Shown: positions 16,540-26,392, counted from the first letter of the stretch. The stretch is 64,000 bases of DNA from Chlamydia trachomatis (GCA_945872565.1 CAMBZN010000005.1:6200-70199); one strand, 5' to 3'. A program made the numbers and translations. The notes: generated from the sequence alone by a model not told the origin.

Positions 16540-18678
16540 TTGGGATGTATTTTGCTGAAAACCCCCTTAAAAAAACTTTTTCTTCTTTTTTTTCTCCTTC
16601 CCATTTTTATTCAAGGAGCTGTAGGAACAATTACAGGAACAATCACATCAGCAAGTACTGGAGAGGTGATCCCCTATGCTGGAGTAACTATGACCACAGC
16701 TGGAGGAACCAGTATAAGCACCTCTGCAAACTCAAGTGGGGTGTATCTTTTGGGAAATTTAGACCCAGACTCTTATACCTTTGCAGCAGGAGGCCCTTCT
16801 GGAAGCACAGAGTATCAGATTTTCCAGACTAATGTGACAATTAGTTCTGGGGCTACAACTACACAAAATGCCGCTTTATTAGACAAACCAGGTTCTGTGC
16901 AAGGGAGAGTAACAGCAGATCCGGAAGGGACGGGCCTTGCTGCTACTGTAACATTTCGCACAAATGGCATTGTTGTCGCAACAGCAAATTGTTCTTCAAC
17001 GGGGGATTACGGAATCTTCACCCTACCACCTGATATTTACTCTGTCACTGCCTCATACACAGGAAGAACTGATCAATCAAAAGGACTTTCAGTTATACCA
17101 GGTGGATTCTCTACAGATTTTGATTTCTCTTTGACCGCAGCTCCAGCAACTATTAGCGGCACTGTAACTGATGCAGCAACAACCGATCCTATCGATGGGG
17201 CTTTGCTCAGCCTATCGTTAAATGGCACCATTATATCTCAAACAACCACCGATTCATCGGGGAACTATTCCTTCACAGGCCTTGGAGCAAATACATACAC
17301 TGTCGCCGTCGCAGAAGCCTCCTATCAAGGAGATAAAAAAACAGTAACCACGACCGCAGGGGTCACATCTACAATCAATTTTGACCTTGAGCCAGATTCT
17401 GCATCCATCTTAGGCACAGTCTTAGATAGTCTATCAAACCTACCCTTAGAAGGGGCCATTGTTGTACTAATAGAGGATGGAAGGCAAATTCAAAATACCC
17501 TCACTAGTAGTTTAGGAACATATACATTTTTTGGAGTGGCTCCCGGTCAGGTTACCGTTCAAGCCTCTGAAACCGGTTACAGTACACGAGCAAACTCCTT
17601 TATTATCGCTGCACTTGAATCAGTGACTAATAATTTTAGTCTTGATGAAGGGGCTGACTCTTTGTCCGGTTACATTACTGACAGCTCAACAACAATGGGT
17701 ATAGTTTCTGCATCGGTAGTTCTCTATAAAGGAACTGGGCAAGTTGCATCAGCAATCACTGGATCTAATGGAAGCTATTTCATAGGTGGTTTAAGCACCG
17801 GCAATTATACTGTAGTTGTAACCGATCCATCCTATATTACAAAGGCCCAGGTACAATCCATCGTTACAGGGACAAACACCCTTTCTTTATCCTTAACTCA
17901 AGCAAGCTCATCGGGAACAATCGCAGGAAATGTCGTAAATAGTGGCGCAACAGCCGTTGATGATGCATTGATCCTAATTACTCAGGATGGTCATGTAGTC
18001 AGCCAATCCTTAACAAATTCAACTGGTAACTATTCTATCCCCAATCTAGCTCCAGGAGAATATTTTGTTCAAGTAAAGCAAGATGGCTACATATCTCAAG
18101 TATTACCTGCAACAGTGACTACAGGCACAACAACAGTTAATTTTACCCTACAAAGCGGAGTAAATACCATTTCTGGACTCATTTCAGATCAAATTACTTC
18201 CGATGGCCTTTCCGGAGCGCTAGCTCTAATTAATATTAGTTCAAGTGCCTACTTTGAATCCACATTTACCGACCCGGAGGGAAACTACTCCCTTTTAGGG
18301 GTCCCTTCTGGGGTTTTTTCTATCACAGGTTCTGAACCTGACTATGTTACTGCCTCCACTGGATTTGTATCCGAGAGCAATATCGCTCTTGATCCAGTAG
18401 ACTCCCCTCCTCAACAAGTGGTTGGATCCGTACTTGTAAACAATTTTTTTCTTTACTCTGATCGAATTCATCAAATTACTTGGAGCCCAAGTGTTACCTC
18501 CTCTGTAATCGGGTACAGGCTTTATAGCGCAAGGACCCTTCTTGCAACATACTCTCTCTCTGACCCGTTTATCTACCAGGCTCATAATACAAGCCCGAAC
18601 TCTATTATTTTTTACCAGTTATACGCTGTTAATTCCGACGGCCGGGAAAGCTCAGGAGTACAATTATCTTTAAAATAA
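16540..18678 (+). CDS. secreted/surface Ser-Thr-rich protein with ~7 carboxypeptidase-regulatory-like (Ig-like beta-sandwich) repeats and an FN3-like C-terminus
   Basis: Signal-peptide-like LKKLFLLFFLLPIFIQGAVG. About seven ~85-aa repeats open with (I/L)xG(T/Y/N)(V/I)xD and contain GNYS(F/I/L)..L..G.Y(T/F)V. C-terminal ITWSPS…GYRLYS…YQLYAVNSDGRES. Start is TTG 16540 or TTG 16552. Confidence 0.65.
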   Translation: MGCILLKTPLKKLFLLFFLLPIFIQGAVGTITGTITSASTGEVIPYAGVTMTTAGGTSISTSANSSGVYLLGNLDPDSYTFAAGGPSGSTEYQIFQTNVTISSGATTTQNAALLDKPGSVQGRVTADPEGTGLAATVTFRTNGIVVATANCSSTGDYGIFTLPPDIYSVTASYTGRTDQSKGLSVIPGGFSTDFDFSLTAAPATISGTVTDAATTDPIDGALLSLSLNGTIISQTTTDSSGNYSFTGLGANTYTVAVAEASYQGDKKTVTTTAGVTSTINFDLEPDSASILGTVLDSLSNLPLEGAIVVLIEDGRQIQNTLTSSLGTYTFFGVAPGQVTVQASETGYSTRANSFIIAALESVTNNFSLDEGADSLSGYITDSSTTMGIVSASVVLYKGTGQVASAITGSNGSYFIGGLSTGNYTVVVTDPSYITKAQVQSIVTGTNTLSLSLTQASSSGTIAGNVVNSGATAVDDALILITQDGHVVSQSLTNSTGNYSIPNLAPGEYFVQVKQDGYISQVLPATVTTGTTTVNFTLQSGVNTISGLISDQITSDGLSGALALINISSSAYFESTFTDPEGNYSLLGVPSGVFSITGSEPDYVTASTGFVSESNIALDPVDSPPQQVVGSVLVNNFFLYSDRIHQITWSPSVTSSVIGYRLYSARTLLATYSLSDPFIYQAHNTSPNSIIFYQLYAVNSDGRESSGVQLSLK

Positions 18679-18707
18679 CATTCTATCTATTTCTCTTATC
18701 CACCTCT

Positions 18708-19313
18708 TTGTTTTCCTTATACGCAGAAGAGGATTGCTGCGTGTGTGATTGCTCACCAGAACTTAAAAGCCTTAATCTGTTTGAGGCAAGAGGCAGTTAC
18801 TTTTTCTTTACCCAACAAAATCCAAGAAATATATTCGGAACCTCTTTGTACTCAGTAGAACTTGAGGACAATTATTGGTTTAAGGACACAACATCTGTCT
18901 TTGTCAATGCAAATATGACGTGGGCAGATGGATCAACTCTTTTTTTTAATACAAGAACAGACATGATTATCCCTACCCTTAGCTTAGGGGTAAAAGAGTT
19001 TTTTTACGTTCCTGGAAGTGAATTTTCTGCTTACCTAGGGATAGGGCTAAGCTTTGCTCTTCCTTACTCACATAATTATTATGAATATGCCCCGGCTGAC
19101 ATGGTTAGATTTAGCCCAGGTCTTGTGTTCAAATCAGGTTTTTTAGTGATTCCAAGAACAAGAATCTCCAGGAAAATGATTAACTTTATCGCAGACATTT
19201 TTTTTGATTACTATCTACAGCCAACCACACAAGAGATCCGTGCATCCTTTGGTCAAAGTCTTATCGATATTGGAGGTTTCCGTACTGGCGGAGGGTTAGG
19301 ATTTCTTTTCTAA
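18708..19313 (+). CDS. Cys-rich putative outer-membrane beta-barrel protein (true start probably upstream at ATT 18663 / ATC 18666)
   Basis: Alternating hydrophobic pattern. Terminal …GGGLGFLF is an aromatic C-terminus typical of OMPs. Mature N-terminus EEDCCVCDC. The signal peptide is only obtained if the frame is extended upstream of the first canonical start (see findings). Confidence 0.5.
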   Translation: MFSLYAEEDCCVCDCSPELKSLNLFEARGSYFFFTQQNPRNIFGTSLYSVELEDNYWFKDTTSVFVNANMTWADGSTLFFNTRTDMIIPTLSLGVKEFFYVPGSEFSAYLGIGLSFALPYSHNYYEYAPADMVRFSPGLVFKSGFLVIPRTRISRKMINFIADIFFDYYLQPTTQEIRASFGQSLIDIGGFRTGGGLGFLF

Positions 19314-19385
19314 TCTGTTTACAGTTGCTGTTTATTGACAGTTATGAGATAGTTTCTTCTCTAATATTTTAGTGAAACTCACGCT

Positions 19386-19829
19386 ATGAGCCAAATAAAA
19401 ACCATCATTTTACGCCATAGAAAGGAAAATTTAAAAAAATGTTCCCTCTCTGGCCTTGAAACGCGTACAGACATGGAGTTTTACACCTATCCAAAGCAAC
19501 ATTTGCCGCAAGTTGAAGGTTTTGTTCTACTCACTCCCGATGCACCTGTTTTAAAAGGCAATGAAAAGGGAATCTATTTGATTGATGGCACTTGGAAGCT
19601 TGCTTCCAAAATGGAGTCTACCCTCCCCTTCGCGGTAGAAAAAAGATCCCTTCCCCCTTCTAAAACAGCATATCCAAGAAAACAAACCGGTTGCAAAGAC
19701 CCAAATACGGGTCTTGCAAGTGTCGAGGCGCTCTATATTGCCTACACTATCCTTGGTTGGGACACATCTTTACTTCTCGATCACTACCATTTTAAGGATG
19801 AATTCTTAAAAAAACTATTGTGCAATTAG
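19386..19829 (+). CDS. DTW-domain protein (putative tRNA/rRNA aminocarboxypropyltransferase family)
   Basis: LIDGTWKLASKM matches the DxTW signature. N-terminal IILRHRKENLKKCSL and ASVEALYIAYTILG fit the family. It is a short (147 aa) version lacking the N-terminal Cys cluster. Confidence 0.5.
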   Translation: MSQIKTIILRHRKENLKKCSLSGLETRTDMEFYTYPKQHLPQVEGFVLLTPDAPVLKGNEKGIYLIDGTWKLASKMESTLPFAVEKRSLPPSKTAYPRKQTGCKDPNTGLASVEALYIAYTILGWDTSLLLDHYHFKDEFLKKLLCN

Positions 19830-19831
19830 CT

Positions 19832-21037
19832 TTACCTTCTAATCACAGCAACACTCACTGCAAGTTCTGCAAGAACGGCTAAAAACATCAGCAGCAGCAA
19901 TGCATTCCCCCCAATTAAGTATCTTGTTTTCAATCGATATGTTTTGTGTCTGCGCCCCATCCAAACTAGAACTATTGGAAATACCCCCAAAAGAAGGGCT
20001 GATCCAAAACCGCCTGCAACAGTAAGTGCCATTAAGAAAATGGTGGGATTGACAGCAACAATTGAAATTACAGGGACCAAAATGAGTAAAGTAATATAGA
20101 ATCTATTCCATTTTACAGCCTTTACTTTAAAAACATCAGCAAAAAAATCTATCATAGCAAGTCCGACCCCAATAAATGAGGTAGTAATTGCAAAAAAAGC
20201 AAAGATACTGCCTAAAAGGTAGATCCTTGAGTCCTTTGTAAAATAGGCAAGGGGTGCAATAGCACTATCTCCTGCACGCTTTGCAGCCATCAATCCAAAA
20301 TCCCCTCCCACAGGGACAATTCCCTTAATCAGGTAATCCCAAATCAGGTATGCTAAAAAGGGAATGAGCGTTCCAAAGACCACAGCAATTCTTGACCGTC
20401 TTGCATCTTGATTTAAATAGTTATACAAAGTGGGAATAGTCCCTTGATAACTAAAGGAAATAAAAATTACAGGAAGACCCATAAATGCATAACCCCACCC
20501 CATATAATTTGCCTGAGAAAGCTGTGCATGCTCTCCGGCAAGGGTGACAAATATAAAAAAAGAAAGGATCAAACCAAGCATTAAAATCGCATTAAGACGT
20601 GAGGCAGCTTTTGTCCCTTTAAAAACAAAACCGCCAAAAAAGATGGTAAAGGCTAAAATCCCATAAATATAGGGAATATGTTCACAAATAAAATTAATAA
20701 CCAGATGGCCGCCCAAGGCGACATATGCAATGAGAATAAAATAAAACTGAAATATATATAATAGAAGGACAATCCACTTACCTGTCTTGCCCAAAAAGGC
20801 CTCTGCCATAGTAGTGAGGTTAGCCCCTTTAGGGAGCCATGATGAAAGCTCAATAAAAAGACATCCTGTTGCTACAGAAAAAAGCCAGCACAACGTGTAG
20901 ACAAAATAGGCAGGTAAAATTCCAGAACCGGCGGTTGCTACAGGATTTGCAAGCATTGCAGCTCCAAGGGCTGTTCCTCCAATTAATAACGCACCAAGAA
21001 AGGTTTTGCTTAAAATACTTTCAATTTTTTTATACAT
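19832..21037 (-). CDS. aromatic amino acid (Tyr/Trp) permease family transporter
   Basis: 401 aa with about 11 TM segments. The N-terminus LGALLIGGTALGAAMLANPVATAGSGILPA resembles the Mtr/TnaB/TyrP family start. Confidence 0.7.
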   Translation of the reverse strand: MYKKIESILSKTFLGALLIGGTALGAAMLANPVATAGSGILPAYFVYTLCWLFSVATGCLFIELSSWLPKGANLTTMAEAFLGKTGKWIVLLLYIFQFYFILIAYVALGGHLVINFICEHIPYIYGILAFTIFFGGFVFKGTKAASRLNAILMLGLILSFFIFVTLAGEHAQLSQANYMGWGYAFMGLPVIFISFSYQGTIPTLYNYLNQDARRSRIAVVFGTLIPFLAYLIWDYLIKGIVPVGGDFGLMAAKRAGDSAIAPLAYFTKDSRIYLLGSIFAFFAITTSFIGVGLAMIDFFADVFKVKAVKWNRFYITLLILVPVISIVAVNPTIFLMALTVAGGFGSALLLGVFPIVLVWMGRRHKTYRLKTRYLIGGNALLLLMFLAVLAELAVSVAVIRR

Positions 21038-21124
21038 GGGTAAAGGATACCAAGAAAATCAAAAGCTTGCTATCTTTTTTTTTCACCCTCTGCTATCATA
21101 GCGAATCTAACGCAAATATCAGCA

Positions 21125-22354
21125 ATGAAAAAATATACAAAAAAAGAACATAAAATAGCCATCAATCTCATCGATGCGGACGCTCTTGTTGTTTTAGATA
21201 CTTTAAGAAAAAATGGATACATCGCCTACCTTGTGGGGGGAAGTGTTCGAGACTTATTGCTAAACTACCAGCCAAAAGATTATGATATCTCCACAAGTGC
21301 ACTGCCTGAACAGGTAAAAAGGTGCTTTTCTAACTGCTTTCTTGTGGGCAAACGATTTCGACTAGCACACGTTCGACTCAACCACAAAACATTTGAAGTA
21401 TCCACCTTTCGTAAAGGAGATAACGAAGATGACGCCCTTATTTATAATGATAATGAGTGGGGAACAGAGTTTGAGGATGTCACTCGCCGAGATTTTACTG
21501 TAAATGGTTTATTCTATTGCAGTGAATCTGAAACAATTATTGATTATGTTGGAGGGGTAGAAGATGCCAAAAAGGGCCTTTTACGCTGCATTGGAAATCC
21601 CTACATCCGATTTAAGCAAGATCCTGTTCGGATGATTAGACTCTTAAAATTTAGGGCAAGATTTGGTCTAACACCAGATGAGGAGATGATTGAGGCGCTA
21701 TTTGCCCTTCGTTATGAGATTTTAAAAAGCTCCCCCATTCGGATCTTAGAAGAAATTTTAAGAATGCTTGAATCAGGAAGTTCTGTTGCATTTTTTAAAA
21801 ACCTTCAAAAACATGGATTTTTAGAGACGTTACTTCCTAATCTTGCTAACCATTTTGAAACCCCTATTGAACATGAAATTTATAGCTTTCTTGGAGAAGT
21901 AGACAGATCAATTCTTGTTGAAAATGCAAAAATTCCTTACCGGTCTGTTTTAGTGGCCTGTATTGTTTTTCCTGTATTTGATCAAAGAATCCAAGAGATT
22001 TACAAAAGCAATCCGAAAAAGGCCCACCTGGGGAGAATTCAAGATGAAGCCTTTGGAATCACCTCTAATCTTTTTGAGCCCACTCTTCGTATTACAAAAA
22101 AAATTCTCTCTGAAGTTGCAAGCATCTTAACAACTCAGTATAGATTTACCCCATTGCAAAAGAAAAAACGGATGGTATGTAAAATTCCAAGAACCCCTGA
22201 CTTTAGCTCTGCCTTGAAATTTTTTTATTTAAGAGCAGCTCTTGAGCCAGGCTTTACCGATATTTATAATGAATGGAGGTATTACTACGATAAAGAAAAA
22301 ACAGACAATCCCAAACCAAAAAGAGCCCCACCAACCCGCAAACGATCCAGATGA
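21125..22354 (+). CDS. tRNA nucleotidyltransferase/poly(A) polymerase family protein (PcnB- or CCA-adding-type)
   Basis: LVGGSVRDLLLNYQPKDYDISTSA…RRDFTVNGLFY nucleotidyltransferase head. Basic C-terminal tail KPKRAPPTRKRSR. Motifs alone cannot separate PcnB from the CCA enzyme. Confidence 0.8.
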   Translation: MKKYTKKEHKIAINLIDADALVVLDTLRKNGYIAYLVGGSVRDLLLNYQPKDYDISTSALPEQVKRCFSNCFLVGKRFRLAHVRLNHKTFEVSTFRKGDNEDDALIYNDNEWGTEFEDVTRRDFTVNGLFYCSESETIIDYVGGVEDAKKGLLRCIGNPYIRFKQDPVRMIRLLKFRARFGLTPDEEMIEALFALRYEILKSSPIRILEEILRMLESGSSVAFFKNLQKHGFLETLLPNLANHFETPIEHEIYSFLGEVDRSILVENAKIPYRSVLVACIVFPVFDQRIQEIYKSNPKKAHLGRIQDEAFGITSNLFEPTLRITKKILSEVASILTTQYRFTPLQKKKRMVCKIPRTPDFSSALKFFYLRAALEPGFTDIYNEWRYYYDKEKTDNPKPKRAPPTRKRSR

Positions 22355-23001
22355 AAACCCTTAAGACAAGCCATCTATCTTTCCTTTGTAAAGAACCCGT
22401 CTCTGCCGCTAAAAAAACTGTTTTCTTTTTTTCCTTATCTGATCAAGATTCTCTCTCTCTTCCTCCATTTTGCCACCCTGTGGACACCCTTGTTGCAGAG
22501 GGTATTTGCGTAATTTCAACAACCCTTCCGGGCCATGAAAACAATGCTCGCCCCTACAACATTCAAGAAATTTGGCAAAATGACCTTTTAGGATTAAGCT
22601 CCTTTATCTCACATCTTTCTCTTGGTATAAAAGAACTCAAAGAACAATTTCCCCCTCCCTTTGGTGTGATGGGCATATCCCGCGGAGCATTTATCGCACT
22701 TCACATGTGCAGCATGCTCGACGAAGTTACAACCGCTGTGTGCTTTGCTCCCATGCTATCAATAGGAACAAATCAAGAACTTTCAGCAGGGAATCTCCTT
22801 TCAAAACTTGAAAACAAAAAAATTCATTTTTTTATCGGGGATAATGATATTATAGTAGGCACAGAAAATGTGGTAAGAATGCAACATTCCCTTCAAACAA
22901 ATTCTGAAATTTTAGTCTCCCCTTCTATCGGCAGGGGCGGTCATGGAACAAGTGATGAAATCTTCCACAAAGGAGCCTTATGGATGATCAAAAATCTGTA
23001 G
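22351..23001 (+). CDS. alpha/beta-hydrolase fold protein
   Basis: GxSxG nucleophile elbow GISRGAF. Later D (GDNDIIV) and H (GGHGTSD) candidates. 216 aa, overlapping both neighbours. Confidence 0.55.
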   Translation: MKTLKTSHLSFLCKEPVSAAKKTVFFFSLSDQDSLSLPPFCHPVDTLVAEGICVISTTLPGHENNARPYNIQEIWQNDLLGLSSFISHLSLGIKELKEQFPPPFGVMGISRGAFIALHMCSMLDEVTTAVCFAPMLSIGTNQELSAGNLLSKLENKKIHFFIGDNDIIVGTENVVRMQHSLQTNSEILVSPSIGRGGHGTSDEIFHKGALWMIKNL

Positions 23002-24074
23002 AAATCTTTGTTCTTACCGGAGAATTAAGCGGTGACAAGCTCGGGTTTGAAATTTTAAAGGATTTAGCTCCAACTGTCGGCATTGAAGGGGTACTTGGAC
23101 CCCATCTAAAAAGCCTTGGAATCTCCCAGCTATTAGAGATGGACGCCTTAAATTTCATGGGGATTTTACGCCCCATCTCCTCTTTACGAAAAATCTTTCG
23201 GGCAGTAAAAAAAATTCAAAACAGGATCCTTGAACTAAACCCTAAAATCGTTCTACTCATCGACCTTCCTGACATTAACCTCCGATTGGCTAAAAGGCTA
23301 AAAGCGGCTGGTTATTCTGGCAAGATCATTCAAGTAGTCTGCCCCACAATCTGGGCCTGGAGACCAAAGAGAAAGCAAACCCTTGAAAAGTATTATGACC
23401 ACCTTTTTTGTCTCTTCCCTTTTGAAAGAGACCTTTTTAAAAACTCAAACCTAAAAGTCTCTTATATTGGCCATCCTTTGAACAACATCACCCCTTCCAA
23501 GGCTGCTGCTAAAAATAAGATCCTTGCCTTATTTCCCGGCTCGCGTAAGCAGGAGGTGCTCAGACTCCTCCCTCTTTTCCTTGCAGCCTGTAAAGATTTA
23601 ACCGATTTTTCCATCCACGTAAGTGTTGCCAAAGACTCCCTTCTTTCATCAATAAAAGAGATTACAAAGGGGTTTAATGTTACACTAAGATCGCCACACG
23701 AGAAGGACTCACTCATTGAAGAGACCTCTTTTGCTCTTGCTAAAAACGGCACCATTAATTTAGAACTTGCTCTCCATCATGTGCCCCAAATCACTTGCTA
23801 TAGCATTTCCAAACTAGAGCGATATATTTATGAATACTGCTTTTCACTAAAACTCCCCCATTATAGCCTTCCAAATATTTTATTGAAAAAAAGAGCCGTC
23901 CCAGAACTAATTGGCCCATTTTGCCTGCTCAAAAATGTCCAAATCGAAATCACGAATTTAATCAATGATCCTTATATTTCGCACTCAATGCTACAAGATT
24001 ATGCTCAGCTTTCTACCTATCTTAAAAAACAATCTACTGCAGATCCTAAAAAGCTTATAGAAAGTTTACTATAG
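22980..24074 (+). CDS. lpxB: lipid-A-disaccharide synthase
   Basis: N-terminal IFVLTGELSGDKLG (GE.SGD motif). YIGHPL. LFPGSRKQEV. Size 364 aa. Confidence 0.88.
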   Translation: MDDQKSVEIFVLTGELSGDKLGFEILKDLAPTVGIEGVLGPHLKSLGISQLLEMDALNFMGILRPISSLRKIFRAVKKIQNRILELNPKIVLLIDLPDINLRLAKRLKAAGYSGKIIQVVCPTIWAWRPKRKQTLEKYYDHLFCLFPFERDLFKNSNLKVSYIGHPLNNITPSKAAAKNKILALFPGSRKQEVLRLLPLFLAACKDLTDFSIHVSVAKDSLLSSIKEITKGFNVTLRSPHEKDSLIEETSFALAKNGTINLELALHHVPQITCYSISKLERYIYEYCFSLKLPHYSLPNILLKKRAVPELIGPFCLLKNVQIEITNLINDPYISHSMLQDYAQLSTYLKKQSTADPKKLIESLL

Positions 24075-24115
24075 GGTTGAAGAGAAATAGGATTTTTTGT
24101 ATACTTCTTTCCATT

Positions 24116-24550
24116 ATGGAAGAATTAGACCTGTACATTGATAGATTAAAGGCAGCTGAATATAAAGACTTTTCTTTAACCGCTTCCCCTTGCATTATGG
24201 AGAGCCCTGACAATGAGGCTTCTTTTAAAGAAGACCTTCTTATCACAGGAGCTGCAACCTTATCAACTGATCATCTAATTCTAAATATAGCAATAGACAC
24301 ACAGGTAATTAATTACTGCACAATCTGTAATGAACCAATCTCTCACCCTCTCCATATAGAGGAAAAACACATGGCTTTTTCCCTAAGTAAGATGAAAAGC
24401 GGTGTGTTTTCACTAAAAAGTACCGTTCGTGAATTGGTTTTTTTGAACCTTCCTCGTTTTAGTGAATGTGAAGGTAAATGCCCAGAAAGAGCCGCAATAG
24501 AAAAATATTTAATCAATAGAGATCATCCCAGAGAAAATTCTCAAGGATAA
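24116..24550 (+). CDS. yceD: YceD/DUF177 family protein (23S rRNA accumulation protein)
   Basis: Conserved position directly upstream of rpmF. C-terminal Cys pair CEGKCPER. ATG 24116 is preferred over the track start TTG 24077. Confidence 0.65.
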   Translation: MEELDLYIDRLKAAEYKDFSLTASPCIMESPDNEASFKEDLLITGAATLSTDHLILNIAIDTQVINYCTICNEPISHPLHIEEKHMAFSLSKMKSGVFSLKSTVRELVFLNLPRFSECEGKCPERAAIEKYLINRDHPRENSQG

Positions 24551-24562
24551 CAAGGAGTAAAC

Positions 24563-24745
24563 ATGGCAGTTCCAAAACGTAAAGTATCAAAAGGAAGAAG
24601 AAATAGACGTCGTGCTCACGATTTCCTAACACCAAAAACGATGAACACATGCTCAAATTGTGATGCAATTGTTCTTTCTCACCATATTTGCCAAGCATGC
24701 GGATATTATAAAGGAAGATCCTACAAGAAAAGTGAAGTGGCTTAA
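24563..24745 (+). CDS. rpmF: 50S ribosomal protein L32
   Basis: MAVPKRKVSKGRRNRRRAH… with zinc ribbon CSNC…CQAC. Confidence 0.95.
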   Translation: MAVPKRKVSKGRRNRRRAHDFLTPKTMNTCSNCDAIVLSHHICQACGYYKGRSYKKSEVA

Positions 24746-24853
24746 ACCCTCTTTATAATTCAACTTTGCCCTTTTGAAAAAACAACTTATAGCTTTAAAC
24801 ACAAAGATGTTTTAAGATAGGACGATAATAAACCTTTATCATATAGACTTAAC

Positions 24854-26392
24854 ATGAAAGAAATTTTGATCAATGTGGAAACTAAAGAGCTTCGCGTTGC
24901 TGTCTTAAAGAATAAAAAGCTTCATGACCTCGTTATCGAGAGGAGAAAAAGCAGGCAAATCACGGGGAATATCTATCGTGGAAAAGTCACTAATATCTTA
25001 AAAAACATTCAATCTGCTTTCATAGACATAGGTGAAGGAGAGAATGGATTTATTCATATCTCCGATATTGTTGAAAACACGCAAAAGTTCAAAGAGATGT
25101 TTGATATGGACTTTGAGCCTGTCGCCTCTAAAAAACCAGAAAGCGAGTCTGAGACTGATATTTCAAAAATCCTTAAAACCGGGCAGACGGTTTTAGTTCA
25201 GGTTGTCAAAGAACCCATCGGATCAAAAGGGGCTCGCCTTACCTCCAATGTTTCCATCCCCGGTAGATTTTTAGTCCTTTTGCCTAACAGCCCTCACAGA
25301 GGGGTGTCGAAAAAAATCACCGATAACAAATCTCGAACAAGGCTTAAAAATCTTATCAAAGCATTTGAGATGCCAAGCGACATGGGTCTGATTTGCAGAA
25401 CCTCTTGCGTTGAGGCCTCTACAGATCAACTCATCGATGAAGCTCATGAGCTCATCCAGAATTGGGAAAACACAAGAGTACAATTTGAAAAATCACAAGG
25501 GACTTGCTTGCTCTACCAAGAGTCAGATATTGTAAAAAGAACATTGATCAAGGCACTTGATAAAAAGTTCAACAGACTACTTGTAGATGACAAAGAAATG
25601 TTTGATTCTTTAACTAAAATGCTCTCCAAATATGCCTCCGCCGAAAGCATTTTAAAGGTTGAATACTATAGAGACAAGCTCCCTATTTTTAAACGTTTTG
25701 CAGTAGAAAAGGAGATCTCTAAAGCAGCTCACCGTAAAGTCTGGCTCCAAAGTGGGGGGTATCTTTTCTTTGAACGTACAGAGGCTATGTACACTGTCGA
25801 TGTCAACACAGGAAGGGGAGGGAAAAAAGATAGCTCTAAGGATGTTGAGGAGGCAATTGTTCATGTGAATATGGAGGCTGCTGAAGAAATCGCAAGACAG
25901 CTGTCCATACGAAATATTGGCGGACTGATTGTATGTGATTTTATTGACATGCGGTTTAGAAAAAATGGCAAGCGCGTTTTAGAGCGTCTAAAAGCTGCTC
26001 TTAAGGAAGATTCTGCCAAAATAACCATCCTAGGGATGAGCGAATTTGGCCTAATTGAAATGACACGTCAGAGAAATCGTGAGTCTTTGCTCCAAACGAT
26101 GTTTACAGAATGCCCTTACTGTAGCGGCAGAGGATTGATAAAAAACTTTGAAAGTGCCTCTATTGACCTTGAAAGAGCAGTTAAAGAATTAATCCATTGC
26201 GGTGAAAACTTTGCTTTGGAAATTGTCTGTCATCCTCAATTTGATGCCTATTTAAATAAAGATGATAAATCGTATCTAGTATCAACTTTTGAAGAATGTA
26301 ATGCCAAGCTTGTGTTTAAAACAAAAGATACTCTTCATATGAGTGAATTTGAAATCTATAATTCAACAAATGGACAATTACTTGAAGTCTAA
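24854..26392 (+). CDS. rng: ribonuclease G/E family endoribonuclease
   Basis: S1 domain GNIYRGKVTNILKNIQSAFIDIG. DNase-I-like/catalytic core VDVNTGR…EAAEEIARQLSIRNIGGLIVCDFIDM. Zn-link CPYCSGRG. Confidence 0.9.
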   Translation: MKEILINVETKELRVAVLKNKKLHDLVIERRKSRQITGNIYRGKVTNILKNIQSAFIDIGEGENGFIHISDIVENTQKFKEMFDMDFEPVASKKPESESETDISKILKTGQTVLVQVVKEPIGSKGARLTSNVSIPGRFLVLLPNSPHRGVSKKITDNKSRTRLKNLIKAFEMPSDMGLICRTSCVEASTDQLIDEAHELIQNWENTRVQFEKSQGTCLLYQESDIVKRTLIKALDKKFNRLLVDDKEMFDSLTKMLSKYASAESILKVEYYRDKLPIFKRFAVEKEISKAAHRKVWLQSGGYLFFERTEAMYTVDVNTGRGGKKDSSKDVEEAIVHVNMEAAEEIARQLSIRNIGGLIVCDFIDMRFRKNGKRVLERLKAALKEDSAKITILGMSEFGLIEMTRQRNRESLLQTMFTECPYCSGRGLIKNFESASIDLERAVKELIHCGENFALEIVCHPQFDAYLNKDDKSYLVSTFEECNAKLVFKTKDTLHMSEFEIYNSTNGQLLEV

